Part shown: in pieces, positions 18,623 to 26,638 of the stretch | Layout: each line of letters begins with the position of its first letter | Numbering within the stretch: position 1 is the first letter of the stretch | Made by a program: the position numbers and the translations under genes | The notes under the pieces: model-generated | What the model was told of the DNA's origin: nothing | Database searches by the model: none | The model's input: only the letters and a program-made list of their open reading frames with translations | From: a virus | Lineage: Duplodnaviria; Caudoviricetes | DNA: 40,413 nt | Virus record (IMG/VR): IMGVR_UViG_3300012953_000004 | Span: 1 to 40,413 of that record | Strand: one strand, 5' to 3'

Positions 18623-19063
18623 ATGGAAACAGTAAACCCACTAACAGGAGCGCCAGATTCATTCGGTTGGTCCGAAGAACCAGCAGTTCCTGCTGAAAGT
18701 AAATTGCCTAAGTTGTACACGATCACAGATGATCCTGAGATGCGTGTTTACTGGGCAGATTGGAAGAACCCAGCCCTTTTCTCTCCAGAGAAATACACGC
18801 TTGGTGAGTATGAGCTACTCCAAGCTGTTGGCATGGATCCAAGGAGAACCTTGGATTATGACGATGCGTTTGAAATGGGCAGTCAAGCTCTAAATATGGT
18901 CTTCTGTGAAGGTCAGGGAGTGTGGCTGGAAGATGGCTTTCAGGTAACTGAAGACTATTGGGTTAATGAGTTCCGATACCTGTATGAAACTAGCGTGGAT
19001 TCCGATTGGGAACATGACGGTTTTGAGTACGTTATATCCGAGGAAGATTTTCTCGGAGCTTAA
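18623..19063 (+). CDS. Acidic early protein (146 aa)
   Basis: ACTGGGAGGT RBS; Asp/Glu/aromatic-rich. Confidence 0.8.
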   Translation: METVNPLTGAPDSFGWSEEPAVPAESKLPKLYTITDDPEMRVYWADWKNPALFSPEKYTLGEYELLQAVGMDPRRTLDYDDAFEMGSQALNMVFCEGQGVWLEDGFQVTEDYWVNEFRYLYETSVDSDWEHDGFEYVISEEDFLGA

Positions 19064-19085
19064 TTAGACTGGGAGGTCTACACAC

Positions 19086-19445
19086 ATGTTTACATTCACC
19101 GTAACCCTTGGGTTAGAAGATGATTTTGGTGGCGAATACAATAGCGATTGGATTGGACGGTACGTTCAGTCTAGTCCTCATGCACAGTCCATGTTTACCG
19201 TGTTTACCATTGCTAATGGTAAGGGCATTGACACTGACACCAATAAGGAAGAACCTGTCCTTGTGTTACAAGGATTTTGTGAATCCGAAAGGCTGTTAGA
19301 CGACACACACGATTACTTCAGGGGTGTCGCTACAGATATGCGCCAAAGAGGATTTGGCTGGTTTCAGTCCAGTATCAGTAGTTACGCTTACACGGACTAC
19401 GGCCAAGATGTTATGGAACATAACTTGGAAGCCGAATTAACATAA
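19086..19445 (+). CDS. Early protein, candidate SAM lyase-like (T3 0.3 type)
   Basis: ACTGGGAGGT RBS; TVTLGL...G..EEPVLVL...VATDMRQRGF pattern; gene solid, function tentative. Confidence 0.4.
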   Translation: MFTFTVTLGLEDDFGGEYNSDWIGRYVQSSPHAQSMFTVFTIANGKGIDTDTNKEEPVLVLQGFCESERLLDDTHDYFRGVATDMRQRGFGWFQSSISSYAYTDYGQDVMEHNLEAELT

Positions 19446-19455
19446 ACGTCTTAGT

Positions 19456-19486
19456 GGTTTACCCCTCTTTATTGAGGGGATAAACC
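19456..19486 (+). promoter_or_regulatory. Bulged-A hairpin
   Basis: GGTTTA-CCCCTC-TTTATT-GAGGGG-A-TAAACC. Confidence 0.6.
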
Positions 19487-19511
19487 TCTTAGCTAGATTG
19501 GAGAAAAGATA

Positions 19512-19775
19512 ATGTATTTGAAGTCACATCCGAATAGGCAGATCATTAAGGTCTGTTTGCAACATGATGGTCATGGTCGTTACTACGGTGTAGTACTGGT
19601 CAAATGGGCCAACATTGACCCTGAAGAGTATGTCGTGTGGAGCTGTGGCTCCAACGATCACGAAATGGCGCTAGAGACGGCTCATGGCGACTATGTGATA
19701 GGGCGTGATGAAGCTGAGAAAGTGTTTGCTCGTAGAGCATCCATTCATAGGATAGGAGTAAAATTAGATGCCTAG
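19512..19775 (+). CDS. Hypothetical early protein (87 aa)
   Basis: GGAG SD; EYVVW...HGDY...EAEKVFARR. Confidence 0.75.
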   Translation: MYLKSHPNRQIIKVCLQHDGHGRYYGVVLVKWANIDPEEYVVWSCGSNDHEMALETAHGDYVIGRDEAEKVFARRASIHRIGVKLDA

Positions 19776-20052
19776 TGGAACTATTAACGGTGTAACCGTT
19801 GCCATAGGACATGGCGACTTGATCGCATTTCTTCCATGTTCCCATTGTGGGAAAGAAGAAACGGTTAAAGCTAAACACAAAGACGTGCAGGCATATCTGC
19901 GTGGTGCTCTTGTGCAAGAGGTGTGGCCTAAAGCTACCCCTGCTTACAGGGAGCAAATGATAGGGTTGCGTAATGGTGGGAACCACTACCATTGTGACAC
20001 CTGTTGGAGTGATCTCTTTGGAGATGACGACGACGAAGACGACAATTGGTAA
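19768..20052 (+). CDS. Zn-binding hypothetical protein
   Basis: CSHCG...CDTCW; AGGAG SD; acidic tail. Confidence 0.75.
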   Translation: MPSGTINGVTVAIGHGDLIAFLPCSHCGKEETVKAKHKDVQAYLRGALVQEVWPKATPAYREQMIGLRNGGNHYHCDTCWSDLFGDDDDEDDNW

Positions 20053-20070
20053 GTGACCATAGGAGGTCAA

Positions 20071-20283
20071 ATGAAAAATAGTGAAAGAAACCGTTTACGG
20101 TATCGTAAGCTGAATGCACAGTTGGCTAATGCCACCAAGTTTAATAAATCAGGTGAAACTGAGAGAATGGTGGAAGCGCTTAACAGCGCATATAAGCTAG
20201 CTTCTACACCTACGGTGTGGCCACACGAACAAGAACGTGTGTTAAAGTCAGCTAAAAAGCACGGCGCTATAGTCGGAGCTTAA
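20071..20283 (+). CDS. Basic hypothetical protein (70 aa)
   Basis: AGGAGGT SD before ATG 20071. Confidence 0.7.
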   Translation: MKNSERNRLRYRKLNAQLANATKFNKSGETERMVEALNSAYKLASTPTVWPHEQERVLKSAKKHGAIVGA

Positions 20284-20289
20284 CAGGTG

Positions 20290-20364
20290 GGGCCTCGTGT
20301 GAGGCCCTACTACAGGGTGCATATGTAACGTCCCCCATGTGCATCCTGTAGTGGGTAAACCACT
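20290..20364 (+). other. Multi-hairpin structured intergenic RNA element
   Basis: GGGCCTC/GAGGCCC hairpin; 20-bp stem 20306-20325/20336-20355; alternative AGTGG/CCACT hairpin. Confidence 0.6.
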
Positions 20365-20382
20365 AAAATACTGGGAGGTATT

Positions 20383-20934
20383 ATGTACACAACTTTAGAT
20401 TGGCTAATTGTATGCGTTCTAGGCGGACTTGGTGTCGGCTTGTATATAGGATGCGTATTGCACTTTCGTGAACTTTGTGAAGTTCAGGAAATTTACCAAG
20501 CGCAAGTAAAAAAGCTTGCAGAGCAAGAATACAACGGTTGGGTCAACCGTGAAACGTGGGCTTTTATGCTGTGGCAAAGCGGTGACGCTTTTCTTTACGA
20601 TCTTATGCGTGAGATGTCTGCGCAAATAGCTGTAGACCAGCTTATATTCCAAGATCCTTATGAGACTACTAAAGGCCACTTTAGTAATAGGGGTATGACA
20701 GAGATAGAGCATCGCAACTTAGGCGCTGAGTATATAGACCAGTGGTCAGCTTATGCTGAAGAAATGGTTGAGTCGGATTACAACGAACACTTTAGTGCAG
20801 CTCTTAGCGACATTGGCTCTATGTGGCGTGTAGACCCTCAAGAGATAGGCGAAGCCTTAGAAGAATCTGTCCGTGAGGACATTTTCAATGGCTTTAACAT
20901 TGCTACCGTGGAGGTGGTTGGCGAAGATGATTGA
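20383..20934 (+). CDS. Hypothetical protein with N-terminal TM helix and YNGWVNRETW motif
   Basis: ACTGGGAGGT RBS; WLIVCVLGGLGVGLYIGCVL; YNGWxNxETW is a recurrent phage early-gene motif. Confidence 0.75.
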   Translation: MYTTLDWLIVCVLGGLGVGLYIGCVLHFRELCEVQEIYQAQVKKLAEQEYNGWVNRETWAFMLWQSGDAFLYDLMREMSAQIAVDQLIFQDPYETTKGHFSNRGMTEIEHRNLGAEYIDQWSAYAEEMVESDYNEHFSAALSDIGSMWRVDPQEIGEALEESVREDIFNGFNIATVEVVGEDD

Positions 20935-21199
20935 CATAGATTCTTACGAATACCTAGAATCCGAACACCACAGGGCTAGGAAAATCTTGGATAACCACGG
21001 GTTATTTGATTGGGTTGCTTTACCCAACGAACGAGAGCTAGTTAGGCGTATAGATCCTAAGGATTATTACGCAAATGAAGAGTGTCCGAAGGACAAAGAC
21101 AATGGCGATTTTATGTGCCAAGGGTGTGGTGAGTGGTTTGGTAAAACTCTTACGTTTACAGCATATGTGTGCCACTGGTGTACAGGGGCGCTGACTTAG
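20927..21199 (+). CDS. Zn-finger hypothetical protein (90 aa)
   Basis: GGAGGT SD; CQGC...CHWC. Confidence 0.7.
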   Translation: MIDIDSYEYLESEHHRARKILDNHGLFDWVALPNERELVRRIDPKDYYANEECPKDKDNGDFMCQGCGEWFGKTLTFTAYVCHWCTGALT

Positions 21200-21469
21200 A
21201 TGGTTTACAGGGAGTTATGGACACCTATTAAAACCCTTAAGGTTGAAGGCAAGCGTTACCCTTTGGAACGTGGTCGGCTTTTCAAGGTAAAGGGAGAACG
21301 AGGGGTCTACAGGGTCATGGACATGTTTGCGCATAAGGACGACCCTAATCGGATTGAGATTCACGCTTGGTGGCGTGATAGAGAACTGTTCACAGGCGGT
21401 AAAGCTATGTGGAGGTACGTCAGGCCTAATGACGTTAAACGGATTTTAGGCAAATTGGAAAAAGTATAA
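21200..21469 (+). CDS. Hypothetical protein resembling an actinophage family (DUF7246-like)
   Basis: LERGRLFKVKGERGVYRV...WRYVRPNDVKRI pattern, recognised from memory. Confidence 0.6.
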   Translation: MVYRELWTPIKTLKVEGKRYPLERGRLFKVKGERGVYRVMDMFAHKDDPNRIEIHAWWRDRELFTGGKAMWRYVRPNDVKRILGKLEKV

Positions 21470-21507
21470 TAATTATTACTGAATTAATGAAGTAATAATT
21501 ATATATA
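21465..21507 (+). promoter_or_regulatory. Bulged-A hairpin with TATAAT at its 5' base
   Basis: TATA-ATAATTATTACT-GAATTAATGA-AGTAATAATTAT-A-TATA. Confidence 0.65.
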
Positions 21508-21523
21508 GAACTGGGAGGTTCAA

Positions 21524-22054
21524 ATGAGTAATGAAATTGAAGTAAAGCTTGTGCTAGATAAAGCGCAATTAGATGGCCCTACTGCGTTGCAGTTAGTGGA
21601 GATGTTTAAGCAAATAGCTGGCAATGAGGCGTTTGGTAACGCTGTTGAGCAGGTGTTTCACGATAGGTCCAGCTTTGTAGCTGATCTCAAAGGCATAATG
21701 AATGTGCAAGATACCGATGACCTTCGGTACGACATTCTTAATAGCTACGACTTTGAAAATGCTACAGAAGCAAACATTGAGAACTGGATAAGCAATAGTG
21801 ATTTGCACTACTTGCCTGATGAAGTTCAAGATTTAAGGCATGGAGTTGAAGAGCTTGACGTAGGCGACATTCGGGATCGTTTGGACACGATTGAAGACAA
21901 GCTAAGCATAGATACGAGTGAAGAAGATTACCGTACAATAGACGGTCTTCAGGAACGTGTACTTGAGCTTGAAAAGAACGTTGCTAACCTAATGGCGATC
22001 AACGAACGTCAAATGCACCTTATCCATAACATACAAGGAGTGGAGCTTACATAA
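21524..22054 (+). CDS. Acidic coiled-coil protein (176 aa)
   Basis: ACTGGGAGGT RBS; heptad-like C-terminus. Confidence 0.8.
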   Translation: MSNEIEVKLVLDKAQLDGPTALQLVEMFKQIAGNEAFGNAVEQVFHDRSSFVADLKGIMNVQDTDDLRYDILNSYDFENATEANIENWISNSDLHYLPDEVQDLRHGVEELDVGDIRDRLDTIEDKLSIDTSEEDYRTIDGLQERVLELEKNVANLMAINERQMHLIHNIQGVELT

Positions 22055-22062
22055 GAGCGTTG

Positions 22063-22114
22063 GGGTGTGGCAGTACCTTCTTTGCCGAAACCTGTCACAC
22101 CCTTCGTATAAAAT
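22063..22114 (+). promoter_or_regulatory. Stem-loop overlapping a putative promoter GTCACACCC-N6-TAAAAT
   Basis: GGGTGTGGCAG/CTGTCACACCC stem; same motif and spacing at 24052. Confidence 0.55.
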
Positions 22115-22146
22115 ATATACAACAATGACCAGAGGAGGTCACAATT

Positions 22147-23151
22147 ATGACATGGGCTAAAGATTTCATGTTTAACAAAGGAGATGACGACACGCCAACA
22201 GCGTCCGTCATGCTCAAAGCACAACAGGTAGGGGCAGATTTTGATGTCACCTATTTACCAGCAGGTTTCCTGAAACAAGCTGTAACGTGGCAAGAACCAG
22301 AGTTCACGGTTCCTGTCTACGACTCAGGCGAGTATGAAGGTAAACCTAAACAAATGTACATTGTCCGTGATGACACTAATGAGGTGGTAGGTCAACACTC
22401 ATCCAAGTACCCAAAGCGTGATGCGTACCATCACAACTTTCAGGTCTTGGAGAATGCGTTCCCTAATTCTTGCGAGAATGTCCAAGTTTGGGATAATGGA
22501 GGCTTATGCCTTGTTACACAACGCATAGGTGATGAGGTTGAATTGCCTATGGGAGATGAAGTTGTCCAATACGTTTACAGCGTTATGTCCTTGAATGGAA
22601 CCAAACGCACAATGACCATACCCAAAGCAAGCAGGGTTTCCTGCACAAATGCGCTGGGTTTAACGTTGGCTATTATCTCGTCAAAGGCTACTCGTAACCA
22701 TGACGCTAGAATTTCATTCCAAGCTGAAGTGTTTGAGAAATCAGAGATTCAGTTAGATGCGCTAGTGAGAATGGCTAAAGTCTTTACTAGTAAAAACTTT
22801 ACAGATCAGGAGTTCTCACGTTTAGTGGACAACCTGTTAGAAGTTCCTGATAAAGATGCCAGCACTAGAGCTGTCAATACGTACCAACGTACTCGTAACA
22901 GTATGTTCACTACATGGCGGAAAGAATGCCAAGAGTATAACGACCAAAACATGTGGCTTGCATACAACGCAGTCCAAGGTGCGGAACAGCATCGTGTAAA
23001 CGCCAACTTTAAAGCCGAGGACGACAAGGGCTATGAAGCTGGTCAAAAGAAATCCATCTTTAACGCTCTTGAAGGTGGTACACCCCTAGCTGAATCTTGC
23101 GAAAAATATTTGCGAGCAGAGCTAGATGCGCCAGAAAAGGCGCTAGTATAG
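22147..23151 (+). CDS. DUF932 (LGT_TIGR03299-like) protein
   Basis: IVRDDTNEVVG..SSKY, SLNGT, RVSCTNAL, TRNH, NMWLAYNAVQGAEQH. Confidence 0.8.
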   Translation: MTWAKDFMFNKGDDDTPTASVMLKAQQVGADFDVTYLPAGFLKQAVTWQEPEFTVPVYDSGEYEGKPKQMYIVRDDTNEVVGQHSSKYPKRDAYHHNFQVLENAFPNSCENVQVWDNGGLCLVTQRIGDEVELPMGDEVVQYVYSVMSLNGTKRTMTIPKASRVSCTNALGLTLAIISSKATRNHDARISFQAEVFEKSEIQLDALVRMAKVFTSKNFTDQEFSRLVDNLLEVPDKDASTRAVNTYQRTRNSMFTTWRKECQEYNDQNMWLAYNAVQGAEQHRVNANFKAEDDKGYEAGQKKSIFNALEGGTPLAESCEKYLRAELDAPEKALV

Positions 23152-23153
23152 GT

Positions 23154-23241
23154 GGAGGTCTAGGTGGGACTGCCGTCCATGACACGAAAGTGTAGTGAAT
23201 GACCTCCCTCTCTGATGGCAGTTCCACCTCTCTAACGAGAG
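23154..23241 (+). ncRNA. Putative structured RNA (16-bp stem, GNRA hairpin, anti-SD loop, possible pseudoknot)
   Basis: 23162-23177 pairs with 23214-23229; ACAC-GAAA-GTGT; GACCTCC 23201-23207 complements GGAGGTC 23154-23160. Confidence 0.5.
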
Positions 23242-23247
23242 GGAATT

Positions 23248-23610
23248 ATGATAGTAATAAACACGGACGGTGCGTTTGATGTCGTGCCGTATAACGATGG
23301 CGTTCTTGTAAGGACCCATCACACAGAGTGTCTGCGAAAAATGATGACACGAATACATGGCAAGAAATGGGTGTATGCCCACCTTGCTGATCACATTAAA
23401 CACACACCCAAAACAAGGTGGAAATGGCGAATGACTCTCCATACTCACGATTGGACTGGGTATCTAGGTAAATGCACTCGTGCTATGGACTATGACTTTC
23501 TGTACGACAAAATGATCACAGAGGAAGACATAACTACTACGAAATTGCATGGAATAGCAGGTGTTTACACACACATGAAGAAAGGGTGGTCCCATGTTAA
23601 ACAAGTATGA
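23248..23610 (+). CDS. Hypothetical protein (120 aa)
   Basis: GAGGG SD; VINTDGAF..VLVRT..HTP..WR..MDYDF pattern. Confidence 0.7.
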   Translation: MIVINTDGAFDVVPYNDGVLVRTHHTECLRKMMTRIHGKKWVYAHLADHIKHTPKTRWKWRMTLHTHDWTGYLGKCTRAMDYDFLYDKMITEEDITTTKLHGIAGVYTHMKKGWSHVKQV

Positions 23611-23806
23611 AGTGACATTCTTGTACACATATGAAGACACAGAGACAGTTGAAGTTGTCGCTAACAGTGAGTGTGAAGCTCAAAGGCTAGCGGAAGACGA
23701 GCGCTCTGGACCAGATTATGCGTGGAATCACGCAGCTCTGACAATGGACAATATATGGTCTGTTGACGAAATAGAATCAGATATAACCGAGGAGGTTGAT
23801 GCCTAA
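23594..23806 (+). CDS. Small acidic hypothetical protein
   Basis: KYEVTF...VEVVANSECEAQRLAED; overlaps neighbours. Confidence 0.7.
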   Translation: MLNKYEVTFLYTYEDTETVEVVANSECEAQRLAEDERSGPDYAWNHAALTMDNIWSVDEIESDITEEVDA

Positions 23807-24063
23807 TGGCTGAAATATTAAACGAGTTTCCTGCACACCTGAGACAAGGTATAAAAGGTAAACCCCCAAAATACCAAGAAGAATGGTTTGATGGGCGTGC
23901 AAGAAAACTAAACTATTACATAGATTTACAAACGTATTCAGACATGAACTCTGCTCGTACATCGCTTTACACACAAGCAAAAAGGCGTAACATGCGAGCT
24001 TTGATAGCCCAACAGGGAGATAATTTATATTTTCAGGTTGTGGATTTAGAAGTCACACCCTAA
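23806..24063 (+). CDS. Putative DNA-binding protein (85 aa)
   Basis: GGAGGT SD; basic; PKYQEEWFDG...ARTSLYTQAKRR...LYFQ. Confidence 0.55.
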   Translation: MAEILNEFPAHLRQGIKGKPPKYQEEWFDGRARKLNYYIDLQTYSDMNSARTSLYTQAKRRNMRALIAQQGDNLYFQVVDLEVTP

Positions 24064-24120
24064 AGTTATACTAGTACTTAGTACATAATCACCCTTTAGG
24101 GGGTGATTATGATACTAAGT
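24052..24120 (+). promoter_or_regulatory. Putative replication-module promoter GTCACACCC-N6-TATACT plus bulged-A hairpin
   Basis: ACTTAGTA-CATAATCACCC-TTTAGG-GGGTGATTATG-A-TACTAAGT at 24076-24120. Confidence 0.6.
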
Positions 24121-24143
24121 AACTACTGGAGGTATTGTTAGCG

Positions 24144-24956
24144 ATGAGTCTTTTTCCGATTCATTTAGATGAAAAAGGACGTTACGTTCACACATGGGTT
24201 AGGCAATCGTCTGTAAAAACAGCCGACATGTGTATGGAGCGTCTAAGAAATAGCATGTTTCACTTGAGTGAAGAACCCAAGAACGATGGGGCTGAGTTAG
24301 GCACAGCGTGCCATCAAGCCGTAGAGGATTTGTTGCTCTCTCGCATTGAGCAAGAAGCTGAAATGACAGAGCATGACATGTATGACGCATTTGACTACTA
24401 TTGGGATGAAATGTCCGAAGAGGTAGACAACTGGTACTCGTACGGAAATGCTAATAAAGCGAGGGATAGCGGACGTGGAAAGTTAAAAAGTTGGTATGAC
24501 AACGTTTTGCCCATGATCCAAAATCCTGTGGGTGTAGAAGTAGGTTTCAACAAGTTGCTTATAGAAGATGATGAACGTGTTGTGTATTTGCGTGGCACTG
24601 TAGACCTCGTAGAAGAGGGAGTTCTTTGGGATTGGAAATTTCCTAAAGCAGACTACACACGTGACCGTTGGCAATATGACCGATGGGACGTTCAAAGTAT
24701 TGCCTACACATGGGCGTTAGATGTTCCTACCTTTAGGTTTGGTGTTATGCACAATAAAGGTTGGGGAACAATGGAATTTACACGCAACGAATCACATGTA
24801 GAGTGGTTGCGTAACAAGGTCGCTAGTATCTGCCGATATGTTGAGAACCAAACAGCTCCTTGGCTGTTAGGGGACAACGGTTGGTGGTGTAGTGAAAAAT
24901 GGTGTCCATCTTGGACACAATGTAAGGGTAAGAAAAGCCCAGAAAGCGAGGAATAA
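24144..24956 (+). CDS. Cas4/RecB-like PD-(D/E)XK exonuclease with four Fe-S cysteines
   Basis: SS...C, GTACH..VE, GTVD, DWK, Q..AY, CSEKWCPSWTQC; GGAGGT SD favours ATG 24144. Confidence 0.88.
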   Translation: MSLFPIHLDEKGRYVHTWVRQSSVKTADMCMERLRNSMFHLSEEPKNDGAELGTACHQAVEDLLLSRIEQEAEMTEHDMYDAFDYYWDEMSEEVDNWYSYGNANKARDSGRGKLKSWYDNVLPMIQNPVGVEVGFNKLLIEDDERVVYLRGTVDLVEEGVLWDWKFPKADYTRDRWQYDRWDVQSIAYTWALDVPTFRFGVMHNKGWGTMEFTRNESHVEWLRNKVASICRYVENQTAPWLLGDNGWWCSEKWCPSWTQCKGKKSPESEE

Positions 24957-24957
24957 C

Positions 24958-25659
24958 ATGGCTTACTCCATGACTCCTTATGAAAGAGCGTCCATAGAGG
25001 CGCAAGTCTGTATAAAAGCAGGCGTTGAGATGGCCGTAGCTGAAATAAGCAACGGCGGTTCAGGTGGTGTGTCACTTGCTTTAGCAAATGCACTAGCACT
25101 TGCTGAATCACTTGGTGACTTGAAAGATGTCATCGTTGGTGAAACTGCAAACGCACCTCGTCCTGTTCCGATGACTACAGAGGCAGACATAAAGGCTGCG
25201 TTCCCAACTGCGGTAACGCAAACCACTCCCTCTGGGCAAACATCACAATACATCTCCGATGAGGATTACTCATTGGTCAACAAATTATTCATGCACGAGA
25301 AGGCAAACGGCATAGCCTACGCCTCCAAGGACTCGGTATTCATGGATAACCAAGCTATTAGGAAGCTATTTGCCGAAGGCACAAGGCAATTCCCACCAGA
25401 CTACTGGGCGGAATCCATGCGTGGCAGAGAAATACCTACAACTAAAACAGGCAAATGTGCTCTTGGTGATTTTAAAATCAAAAAGGGTACAAGCGTAAGT
25501 GCTGATGGCACTCCCATTTTGGGGAATGGTGAAGGCAATCACCCACTTGCGAACAAATCAGGTTACTTCGGTGGCTTGGTTAACCACACGCCTTTTAGTT
25601 GGCCTGACCGTCCTGCACCTATTGATCCTAATGGGTGGTTAGCAGGAATAAGTGGCTAA
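24958..25659 (+). CDS. Hypothetical replication/recombination protein (possible SSB or annealing partner)
   Basis: GAGG SD; between exonuclease and helicase; ERASIEAQVCIKAGVE helix. Confidence 0.5.
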   Translation: MAYSMTPYERASIEAQVCIKAGVEMAVAEISNGGSGGVSLALANALALAESLGDLKDVIVGETANAPRPVPMTTEADIKAAFPTAVTQTTPSGQTSQYISDEDYSLVNKLFMHEKANGIAYASKDSVFMDNQAIRKLFAEGTRQFPPDYWAESMRGREIPTTKTGKCALGDFKIKKGTSVSADGTPILGNGEGNHPLANKSGYFGGLVNHTPFSWPDRPAPIDPNGWLAGISG

Positions 25660-26638
25660 CAAGCGTCTGTCTATGACAGATGCAATGGATTTGCTGGGGC
25701 AGTCACAAACTGCCTCAGCAGTCCATAAAGACGTTAAAGGGGTCAGTGACTCAGACTTAAAGCGATTATTTACACCTAAGACAGAGCAGATGAAACGTAT
25801 GCGCTCTGATCTTCGTGCAGGCGGAGAGTGGCGCTTTGGTATTGAGGCTTTTGACTCAGCAACTCTAGGAGGCGCACGAGCAGGACAGCTTGTGACCCTC
25901 ATAGGGAAAACGCATACAGGTAAAACTATGGTAGCTATGAATATGGTTGCAAAGAACAAGAATCACCGTACTCTATGGGTGAGTCCAGATGAGACAGAGA
26001 CTATGTTCTGGGGCCGATACTCGGCCATGAAACTGCAGATTCCCCAATCTGACTGGCTATCTAGGCTTATGCGACAGGATGAGATGGCGTGGGAGCGCAC
26101 ATCTCAGATAGTCCAAGACCAAAAGAACCTACATTTTGAGTCCACAGGCATGTCTGTAGACGACTTAGATAAAGCCTTGCGAATAGCATCAACAGAACTG
26201 TGGGACGGTGAACGTCCGCATGTTCTTGTGTATGATTACCTTGAGCTGATAAGGGGTGGCACAGGCGATGCACAAAGCGTGCAAGCCAAGATTGAATCCT
26301 TTAAACAGCTAGTTTCCGATTGGCGCATAATAGGCGTTATGCTGCATCAGTCGGGACGAGGTTCAGGTACTCGTGGAACTGCAGGAGGCATTGACTCTGG
26401 CAGATACGGTTCTACATCTGAAAGCCATTTCGTTATAGAGACATGGCGCAGGTGGGACGACACTAGCCTTGACGAGGAAGATCGTGCCTACTACCAGAAT
26501 GAGATAAGCGTTGGCTTATGGAAAAACAAGGCAGGTGAAGGAACTAAGGCAGAAGCGAACCTGACGATAGACCCAAGTGGACGACTGCTTGAAGCAGGCG
26601 TAACGTGGGAGCAGAGGGAGTTGGATCTAGATGAATGA
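25652..26638 (+). CDS. DnaB-like (SF4/RecA-fold) helicase
   Basis: GKTHTGKT, VLVYDYLELI, LHQSGR, WKNK. Confidence 0.9.
   Translation: MANKRLSMTDAMDLLGQSQTASAVHKDVKGVSDSDLKRLFTPKTEQMKRMRSDLRAGGEWRFGIEAFDSATLGGARAGQLVTLIGKTHTGKTMVAMNMVAKNKNHRTLWVSPDETETMFWGRYSAMKLQIPQSDWLSRLMRQDEMAWERTSQIVQDQKNLHFESTGMSVDDLDKALRIASTELWDGERPHVLVYDYLELIRGGTGDAQSVQAKIESFKQLVSDWRIIGVMLHQSGRGSGTRGTAGGIDSGRYGSTSESHFVIETWRRWDDTSLDEEDRAYYQNEISVGLWKNKAGEGTKAEANLTIDPSGRLLEAGVTWEQRELDLDE

Noticed and set aside
23154-23241. Hammerhead ribozyme or tRNA
   Set aside because: CTGATGG rather than CUGAnGA with the wrong topology; no T-loop, cloverleaf or CCA end
17996-24120. CRISPR-like array formed by the recurrent hairpins or RBS motifs
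   Set aside because: Irregular spacing with whole genes in between and non-identical repeats; the Cas4-like gene is a standalone phage exonuclease
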